A stretch of 64,000 nucleotides of DNA from Moniliella sp. 'wahieum' (taxonomy: Eukaryota), in assembly GCA_003971905.1 (NCBI GenBank), contig RSEE01000043.1, forward strand, positions 310,001 to 374,000. The letters are read 5' to 3'. Below are positions 55,008 to 64,000 of the stretch, piece by piece. The notes below the pieces were generated by a model, which did not search any database, was not told the origin of the DNA, and saw nothing but the letters and a program-made list of their open reading frames with translations. Position 1 is the stretch's first letter. Each line of letters starts with the position of its first letter. The position numbers and the translations under genes were made by a program.

Positions 55008-56530
55008 ATGCCCGTCATTGGCGCTGCCGAGAGCGTGTCAGCCATCATTGTTGACGGAGGATCGTCTTCGGTTCGCATCGGCTGGGCTGGCGAGGACGCT
55101 CCCCGTTGTGTGCTGCCCAACGAGTATGGCTACCATCCCGACCCCGCCGATGGCGTCCCCTCGCCCGCCTCGCCTGCACCACCTGAGCCCGACGCGATGG
55201 AGGTGGACAGCGCAGTCCCCGCACCTCATTCCAACGGGACTTCCGAAAGGAGCCCACAGCAGGAGCGCGCGCACAACTTTGAAGCCAAGCTTCACACGGA
55301 GCAGCGCCGGCGATATGTGGGCTGGGCAGGCGCCAACACCTACCGTCCCGATATGGAGATTGGCACGTCGTTTGGATCCGACGGCCTCCTTGCCTCTGCC
55401 GCGTCGCTTCTCGCCCAACTCGAATATGGCATTGACACATTTCTTGATGCTGACGCGTCTCAGCATCCGCTCCTCTTCACCGAGCCTACTTGGAATTCGA
55501 AGGAAGCGCGAGAGAGTCTAACCGAGTTGGCGTTCGAGGGTCTGAACGTTCCTGGATTCTACATTGCCAATCAACCCGTCATGAGCTCGTACGTGCTTTG
55601 GTTCCTACCTCTGCGTTGTCATTATTTGGCTGACATTTTGGTGCTGCAACCAGATTTACGGCCAGCAAGGCCTCAGCGCTTGTGGTGGACGTTGGCAGAA
55701 ACACCATGTCGGTAACCCCGGTCATTGGAGGATTCGCCATCAAGAAGGGAATCGCTAGGCAATCCTTAGGCGGAGCCCAAGTCAACCGGGCTCTGGAGCA
55801 CTTGATTCTTAACCCTCCACCTCAAGCTGTGCGGTTGAACCAACTTGATCCTGAAACGGGCATTCTCCCGCGTTACCTGGTTCAGACCAAGACCATTGTC
55901 GAACAGGGCGCAGCGGCGCACGTTTGGTTACACCAAGACCGACTAAAGCACTCGACAGCGTCGTTCAAGCAGTACCAAACCGATCGAGTGCTCGATGAAT
56001 TCAAATTTGCCTGTGGGCAGGTATTGGAAAGCCAGTGGGACACCACAACCGCTTTGCAGCGTCCCAATCGAGCTTTTGAGTTTCCCGATGGCTCGTCAGA
56101 CGTGTTTGGTATTGAGAGGCTCCAAGGTCCCGAAATTCTCTTCGCACCGCACCTTTGGCAGGGCGTCCCTCGGTTTTGCCCGAAAGTCCCAGCCCCCTGC
56201 TCGGTCTCGGCCAGCTTGTCCTCAAGTCCATCATGGCGGTCGACGTGGACCAACCGTCCATGTTTGGCAACATCGTGTTGGTTGGTGGCACTACTGCTTT
56301 GCCCGGTTTGGGGACCGGCTCGCGTCCGAAATCAACCTCCAAGCTACCCTCAGTGGCATCGGCATGCCCCGCGTCAAGATCCACAATGCGTCGCAAAGTG
56401 CCGAGCGTCGGTACGCTGCCTGGTTGGGTGGAAGTATCCTGGCTACTATGGACTCGTTCAATGGTCTGTGGATCAGCCGGGAGGAGTACGACGACACGGT
56501 GCCAGCGTCGTACACACACGATGCAAGTAG
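55008..56530 (+). CDS. ARP4: Nuclear actin-related protein Arp4 (NuA4/INO80/SWR1 subunit); intron about 55588..55653
   Basis: Motifs are SAIIVDGGSSSVRIGWAGEDAPR, HPLLFTEPTWN, LTELAFEGLNVPGFY, FEFPDG and ERRYAAWLGGSILA...LWISREEY. Confidence 0.85.
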
Positions 56531-56658
56531 CCCAGTGTTGGTTGATGCACCTCGACCTACTTAGTAATTGCTATGCGAAACTGTCCAGTCTTGCCTACAA
56601 GCACTTGCCACGTAGAGACAGAACCATTAGTATGGAGTGTACAGATTAGAGAAGCACA

Positions 56659-58380
56659 CTAGGCGGCCATGCCCTCGGGTGCGCCACCCATATCCTGAAC
56701 TGCCGGCTGTCCTCCTCTTCCACCGCCAGGCCGGCGGGCCGAGACGACATCATCAACGCGCAGGAGCAGCGACCCGACTCAATGGCTGTTTTGAGCGTTG
56801 GATCTTGACCGCAGCCGACTCATACAAGCCATATTCCTTCATGTCAACAATTTTGCCAGTGTCACCGTCGATGCCGATGGAAGACTCGCCATTGGCGTGC
56901 TTGGCCCGCAGCTCGGTCAAGACCCGCAATGCGTTGCCGCCACAGTTCTGGGTGAGAGTACGGGGGATGACTTCCATGGCCCCAGCCACGGCCTGAATCG
57001 GGCCTTCTCCACTCCACCCACGGATCGAGCAAACTCGCCGAGGCCCACGCTGACCGCCATCTCGGTCGCACCGCCACCCGGGGCCAGGGCAGGATTGAAG
57101 ACCACATTACGGGCGACACTCATGGCATCGGCCAGGTTGCGGTCCACCTCGTTGAGAATGTCCTTGCTGGGCCCACGAAGGAGAATGGTGCAAGCCTTGG
57201 GCTCGCGGCACTTCTCCAAGTAAGTGAAGTACTCATCTCCCAACTTCTCAATGTGGAACAAGCCGCACTTGGTCCCCACATCGCTGTCCCTCAAGTCTTC
57301 AATCCGGTTTACAATGGTCGCGCCCGTTGCGCGTGCAATGCGGTTATTGTCCGACTTGCGTACGCGACGCAAGGCAGTAATGCCTGCCTTCATGAAGAAG
57401 TGCTGGGCCAGGTCCGAAACACCCTTCTCAGTGATGATCAGATCCGGCTTGAAAGCAATCAGCTTATCAGCCATACTCTTGATCTGTTCCTCCTCGATCT
57501 GGAGAATCTTTTCCCAGTCCGATTCCTTGGTAATCTCAATGTTGGTTTGGCTCTCGCCCTTCTTGTACTCCAGTGCACAGTCCAAGAGGATGATCCGCGG
57601 GTTCTCAATCCGCCTGCGCATCTTGGGGTGAGTAACATCCTTGTTGATCATCACCCCATCCAGCACGCGCGACTCCTCAATCTCTCCACCGGGGACCTTC
57701 TCAACGCGAGCGTAGCGTTTAATATCGACTGTCAGCCCCGCGCCGCTCGTGTCGTTGTCGGATACTGTGCGAACCGCCTTGAGAGCCAGGTTGCACATCA
57801 GATCCGACCACCGGTTGACAAACTTGGTCCCAATCGACGTCTTGATGAGTGCCAGCATCTCCTTGTCGTCGTCGACTTTGACCGGAACCGAAATGGAGTC
57901 AATGATGCGAAGTGCCTCTGCGAGCGCCTTCTTGTAAGCCGAGATGATGACAACCGGATGAAGGCCGCGTTCCAAATGAGGCAAGGATTGAGCCAAACCT
58001 CGCCAGCTAGAAATAGATATGTCGAGTCAGCAATCAAAGGAAGGTACGTGGAGGGAAGGCAAGGACGGGGTTCGCACCGAGAATGATGACTGAGGTGGTG
58101 CCGTCGCCTACCTCTTCGTCTTGGGTCCTGCTGAGCTCAATCATGCTCTTGGCAGCGGGATGGGCAACCTCAATTTCGCGAAGAATGGCGTTGCCGTCGT
58201 TGGTGAGCAGGATCCCGCCCATAGGATCAAGAATCATCTTGAGCATGGCCTTGGGGCCAAGGCAGGTACGGATCACATCGGCAACCGTCTTTGCAGCTTG
58301 GATGTTGCTGATCTGGGCCTTGCGTCCATGCTGCCGCTCGGGACCTGTTTCATTACGAACACCTGCTGCTGGCCAGACAT
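56659..58380 (-). CDS. CCT3: Chaperonin CCT/TRiC gamma subunit; intron about 58008..58077
   Basis: Motifs are [63 protein letters not shown] and [17 protein letters not shown]. Confidence 0.97.
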
Positions 58381-58826
58381 ATTGGCGAGTAGAGCTGGGG
58401 GGTTGCGAGAAGGGGGTGGTGGAGGAAGGGCGTGTTGGCCGTCAGTTGGGGGGGGACATGTTTGTGGTCGGGGGCCATGCACCGCACACTGGTGTCGTGC
58501 TGTCGGAAGAACGCATTCCGCCTTGCTCCGCGCTCCGCTCGCCACCGGCCGGCAATTGAAACTTTCGAGACGCTTCGACTCGGTCTGTCGCACCAAACGC
58601 GACGCGTAGCCGCACGACAGCTCGCGGCCTGGATCGCGAGGCTATCTGCAATCGGCAGCACCCATCACTCGAACCGCCCTACCTGATCAACACCACAAAT
58701 GGCCAGTACACACCACAGAACGCGCGACTGAGTGTATTATGAAGGAAGAACAAACGATGTTCGATTGCTTTATTTCGAGGCGCCAGATCGGCTTGGATTT
58801 CGGTACTTCGAAGCCCTCCCCGGCGC

Positions 58827-61800
58827 TTACCAGCGCAGGGCGAGGATCTTGTTGCGCACCGGTCGCTTCGCCACCAGCACACCCAGCGAGAGCGCCGCAA
58901 TAGTGAGCAGCAGTTGGGCTTTGTTGAAAGCGGCCGAAAGAAGATCAAACGTACCGCTCGGGGCCACACGGGTTACAAACGTGTCCAGCCCGGCAGCCCA
59001 GACCAACGCATAGCTCTCCAGTCGCGCTTGGCCAAACGTAAGCCGTACGGCCCGCTGGACCTGGTGGATATGGGAGACCATCCACTGCGCCGGCACGGGC
59101 AAAGGCGTGACCCCGTCGTAGGGCAAAAGACCATCTTCGTTGGGGTTTGTTTGGTTTTGGCATCAGCGGTCAACGGCACAACAGGGCGACGGGGATCGAT
59201 CCAGCTGCGCGGAATGGTGATCACGCGCCCCAGGCGTGTAGTGAGAACCAAGGCTTTGTTCGTGATCCCAAAGTGCGTCGAAGTCGTCCCCACGGCGAGG
59301 GGGGCTGAAGTCCATGGAAGGGAGAAAGTTTGCTGGAACGCCAAGACGCCGGTGGCAGAAATCTGATGGGGAGAGTCCGTCGATCCTTGAGAAGAGCTGT
59401 CGTCCGACTCCTCCTTGGCCACGGCAGGCAGGAAAGAGGAGCGGTTCGTCCCGCTCGTCTCCCACAGTAGACGCACATCGCTCCCATCTACATCGTTGTA
59501 GAGCTCAAAGCTGGCGATGCGTGCGTGGACATCCGGCACCAGCTGGCTCGCATCGTCCGCATTGGCTGCAGGCGGGGGCGAAGCATAGTATACCACCGTT
59601 CCCCAGTTCTCCGTCCACGAACCCGACAGCGGAGTAGTCTCCGACACGAGCGCATCGGGCAAGTGCAACGCGTTAAGCACACGTCCGCTTACCGCATCGA
59701 TCACAAGTGCACGAACACCTCGACCAGGAGCGACGGTCGAATGAGTCAACACCAAATACGCGTGGGGGTTAAGAAGCTTGTAGAGCGATCCACGGTCGGA
59801 CTTGACCTTGCCCTGGTTAGCCACCGTGTGCGACGCCAAGTCAGGAGGAAGAATGCTGTGCACTTTCTCCCCCTCGGGCAAGGGCACCGTCCAAGATAGC
59901 TCCGTCGCTCCATTCTTCGAAACAAGGGTGTAGCCGCGGAGTTGGGTTCCCTTGTACGGCAACAAGAAGTACATCCCAGGTCCCTCGGCAATCGACTGCA
60001 ATTCTTGACGCGAAGCGGCAGTGGGGGGGAAAACATGCACCTGAGGCGTCGAGTCAAGGACGGCGAGCGTGTGAGCAGGCTGCGCTTGGTGCTTCCACCA
60101 CGTGGGGTCCACCAGTGCACGAGCATCCGGAGGAAGAAGGAACGTGTCGGCTGCAGGGCCAATCGCCAGAACAAAGCCGGCCGACGATGAATCAGAGTCA
60201 CTCACCTCCACATTCGGAGGCGGGACAAATCGACCAGTAAGAGTGTCCAGGTGCCATACCCGGGTGATGGTAGGCTCCTCGGGGGTCATTTGGACGTCGG
60301 CAACAACAGCCACAGTGGTTGCTGGGTGAAGGCCCGATCCAGACGCCTCTGCCTGAGCCTCAGCCACGGCCTCGGAATTGGCCGTAGTCGGAGCCAGAGG
60401 GAAAATACCCCGGATGTTCAGGAGAGGCTCTGCCTCCCCTTCACCTTGCCCGAAGCCTGTCAGGGACTTCTCCCACAAGAATTGACCGCGGAGAGCAGTG
60501 AGTTGAGCGTAGATCTTCCCCCGTTTGGTGGCGGTAACGAGAACTTTGTTGAAGCCAAAAGGGTCCGGTGTGCCGCGCAAACCCACCTCAAGCAACTGGG
60601 TCTCGTTGAGCGAGCGGGGGGCAACTGTATGGGGATTAGGCCCCCGGACGGGGCTAGGTTCTTCCACGGGTCGCTGTCGCTCCGCCACGGCTGCAGAATC
60701 GCCCGACAGAGGGGCGATTGCGTCCGGTGCCGCCATGCGCTCAAACCAAGAGCGCAAATACTCGGGAAGTTGGGTAGTAAGATGGATGTGGCGAACCAAG
60801 CGTTGTAAGAAAGATTCGTGTGTAAGGACGTGCAGCGCGGTAGGAGGTGTGAAAGGAGGAATGTCGACAATCACTTGCGCCGCAGGCTCAGTCAATCCCT
60901 CCTCTCGGGCCCACATCAGCTTGTCTTCCTGAACCATACGCAGACTTCCCGAAGAGGTCACAGCCACAAACCGCATCGTCAACTGGTACTGTCCGCGCGG
61001 GACTACCTCAGCAGGTGCAGCAAGAACAGCACCTTGGGCATCGTGATCCCACCCAAAGCTGTAACCTGTGATTTGGCCTTGACCTTGGAACGGCTGGGAC
61101 CAGAGGGTGTGGACGTTAAGCTGGCTTTGAGAGCGGGAGAAGTAAAGGCGGTGCACATACGGCGCACCGGTACGGTCAACCGAGGACGAGTAGATGGCAT
61201 CGTGGGCTTGCTCTTCCAACTCCCAGCTTTTGTGGTTACCTTTACTGTCCTTGGGGTTAAGACGGTACACCTCACCCCGTCCATCAGAGCGTTGGACGGC
61301 GACCATGCCATGAAACCCGGCAGGTCCAACCTCAAACAGGCGTACGAACTGGGCGCTTGAATCGAGGCAGTAGACCGAGTGGATGGCCGGAGCAGAAGAC
61401 GCCTCAGCAACATCAGTGGCAAGGTATACGATGCGCAGCGATCCGTCCTTGGTGATCCAAACCACTCGGCATCAGAGCCTGTGTGGACGATCGCCAAGTC
61501 GCGGGGTCCTTGGGGCACTGGCGGTCCCTTCAGCAAAGGGTGTGACGCCAAGAGCTCGCCAGAGAGCGCAACACTGTACACCCCCACACCACCGTGCTTC
61601 TTGCCGGGAGCACAGGAGAGGGACAGGGCGTGGATGATGCGCTGGGCACCGTGGCCGGCAATGGTCAAGCGAACGAGATGGTCCTGAGAATTTTCGATCG
61701 GACTGGAGACCCACACAGCACGACCCGAAGTGGCGTGGAGACGAACAATGGTGTTGCCGAGCAGGACCACCAGGTCGCTGGTGCCCTCGAGGAAGGTCGC

Positions 61801-62467
61801 ATCCACATGAGGAAAGCCTTGGGCAGTCCATGGGTTTACGTGATCAATGGGGCGGGTGTACTCCCAAGTGAGCCACCCAGTGTAGGCGTGGAAAAGACGA
61901 ACGTAGTAAGAATATTCGGTGCGAGAGATGGCAAGAGTAATATCCTGCCACGTGTAAAACGCAAGCAGCGTGTGCTCCGGGTCAAAGACGTGGCGCCAGA
62001 CTAGGGGACAGGAAAGCGGGCCGTTAGTATACCGATGCAGCAATTGAAGGATCCAGAAACGCACCGATATCACCGTTTCGCGGGTTGAGCGCAGCCAAAA
62101 CGTTCTGCTCCGTGGCCACGTACACGGCAGTGCGGGCAGGCTCGTCGGCATTGGCAGCGCGAGGCAGAATACGGTGGAAACGGGGAGTAAGGTATTGGGC
62201 GGCGGAAGGGAAGGATCCAGAAATGTTGGAAGCACCCACGAGTGGGGCGATGGAAAAGGGCGAGACAGGTGCGCCTGCCGACAAGGCCGAGGCGGGTGCG
62301 CTGCCGCTCCAAGCAGGCCAGTCGGGCACTGCGTTGGAAAGTGGCACACCGACGCGCGGCACATAGTAGTCGACCAGGTCGGCCTCACCAGCACTCAGGG
62401 CGAGGGCGCTCGGAAGCAGGCCGAGGGCGCCCGCCACCGCAGTGGCCGCAACGGAGAGCCAGCGCAT
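58827..62467 (-). CDS. EMC1: ER membrane protein complex subunit 1 (signal peptide, PQQ-like propeller, C-terminal TM); intron about 62001..62062
   Basis: The signal peptide reads MRWLSVAATAVAGALGLLPSALAL. Motifs are VATEQNVLAALNPRNGDI|VWRHVF, WAREEGL, DPFGFNKVLV, VKSDRGSLYKLLNPH and GLDTFVTRVAPSGTFDLLSAAFNKAQLLLT...LRW*. Confidence 0.92.
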
Positions 62468-63404
62468 GCGAAGAGAAGAGCGGTGTGGGGGTGGGGCTCG
62501 AGGCGCTCGAGGCGGGGGTCGGGGTGGGGACAAGCCAGTGGTCGTGCCCAGATGCGCCCTTCGGCGCATTACGTACACGCCAGTCTGCTCCTGCCACGTC
62601 GACGACAGAACCCCCTGGCTGAAATTTCAGACGGGGTATTGTTTCCCTTCAGTGCGATTCAAGCACTCTTTCGGTGCCCGGGCCGACTCGGCGGTTTCCA
62701 ATCCGCATCTGCTCCGAAGAACCAAGGGGCAAGCTGATAGGAAAGTACCCTTGGATGTGCACCTCATCTCAGCCACCCTCTGAGTGGACAACAATAAGAG
62801 ATTTCCCCAATCAATCCAACATCTCACCTATGCCATATCTTATTGGCGATGAAGAGCACGTCGGCCGCTCAAAAATACTTTTCCGGAAGGGTATGAACCA
62901 AAAACTAAGCGCCGATAGCGGGGAAGGGGGTCAAACTCTTGACGCGTTTCGAAATAGTTGTTGCAAGGGGCTCAGACGCGGGGGATCCCCTCTCCCCCCA
63001 GTCTTCTGGTGGGGAACGTATGCCTTGCCTGCTCAAAAATGCTTCCGGAAGGGTATACCGGATGACCCAAAAACTAACTTTTTTACTTCCGTTTGATCAG
63101 GTGGTCATATCCCTTCTCCTGAGGGCTTCCTTTCATTGACGGGAGCGTCAGTTCATCAGGCCAAAGTGATTGGACAGTCTCATTGCAGTCGCGCAGTCTT
63201 GCGAGTGGTGCTGGATGACAACACGCGGGCACACAGACGAGCCCGACGGAGCCGAGAGAGAACTGATACACTTTCCTTTTGTCGCCCTCAGTCTGGGCTG
63301 TATCGACGTCCAAACCAGGCTGACTTATCTCAACGTTGGATAAACCGATGTCCAGCTTTTTGCTGTGAAACGGAGTACATTCCCTTGGATCTATGCACTT
63401 TGGA

Positions 63405-63462
63405 TTGAGCTTCTTTCTGTTACGGTGCCAAGTTTGAGCTTCTTTCTGTTACGGCGCCAAGT
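63405..63462. repeat. 29-bp tandem duplication TTGAGCTTCTTTCTGTTACGG(T/C)GCCAAGT, 2 copies
   Basis: Copies lie at 63405..63433 and 63434..63462 and differ by one mismatch. Confidence 0.9.
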
Positions 63463-64000
63463 TGGCATGGTCATTTTTGAGGTCCCTGAAAAATGATTTT
63501 GCATTGATTGGATTATTTAGACTTTGGTGTGGTGGATGCAAGTAAGTGCTCAGGCTCAGTTAAGCGAATGAGTTCCGAGTTGAGTCTCCGGGTCAGAGCA
63601 ACTCGTTTGCGCGTCTTCATCCTATGCGTTCCTCGTTCCTGGCCCGTGAGGACGGAGAAAACCCCGCCGCTTTATATTTTGGGCGTTTTTCTGGTTTCGA
63701 CTGTGCCTACACCGTTCCTGGCGGATTATGGCTTTCCTGCTCGGTCTGGGCGCCTTTCTGAGGACCGTTGGCCTGGCCTGGCAATCTTACCGGTACCCGA
63801 TAACCGGCTTTTTTGGTCGTGTGCGTTGTCTATTAGTAGAATTCGTTATAGATCCTGTGTCTGTATATGGCCATTGATCTTCAAATCTGTTCTTTCTCTT
63901 CCTGCACACATGGGAGACATGCAGACCAACGCTCTGAGCTAAGCAATAAGCGATAAGCGATAGGCGGTACGCTCCAAAACATGTTCGTGGCACAGATGAG

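Noticed and set aside
63083..63330. Ty1/copia RT remnant (LDVDTAQTEGDKRKVY on the minus strand; PEGY on the plus strand)
   Set aside because: The motifs are on opposite strands, and there is no LYGLKQ or YVDD support.

Overview
This is a GC-rich, gene-dense stretch of a fungal nuclear genome. Short GT-AG introns and the protein sequences point to a basidiomycete, probably Ustilaginomycotina (inference). It holds 18 protein genes: TPS2, a conserved Q-rich unknown, GSK3, eRF1/SUP45, ARC1, GFA1, an aryl-alcohol dehydrogenase, a 4CL-like acyl-CoA ligase, ATP2, a PDK/BCKDK-family kinase, LAA1/HEATR5, an SLM1-like PH protein, an RRM protein, a Yox1-like homeodomain factor, ERG3, an Asteroid-like PIN nuclease, ARP4, CCT3 and EMC1. 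There is also an intron-containing tRNA-Gly(TCC). Almost every gene is broken by 1-2 nt deletions, often in homopolymers, which most likely reflects an unpolished long-read assembly, so CDS coordinates are gene spans. Four things stand out. (1) A decayed, 5'-truncated CRE-clade (Cnl1/MoTeR-like) retrotransposon with a restriction-like endonuclease lies at about 48.5-50.1 kb. (2) Intergenic '6-bp palindrome + 1 nt' heptamer arrays and CTAG/GTNAC/CTNAG tracts recur at gene boundaries, with a repeated order upstream of TPS2, GFA1 and ERG3. (3) eRF1 reads TASNIKS-C instead of the near-invariant TASNIKS-R. (4) The PDK-family kinase has Gln at the catalytic N-box Glu position. I cannot show a new multi-gene system from the sequence alone; the palindromic arrays are the best candidate for something undescribed.
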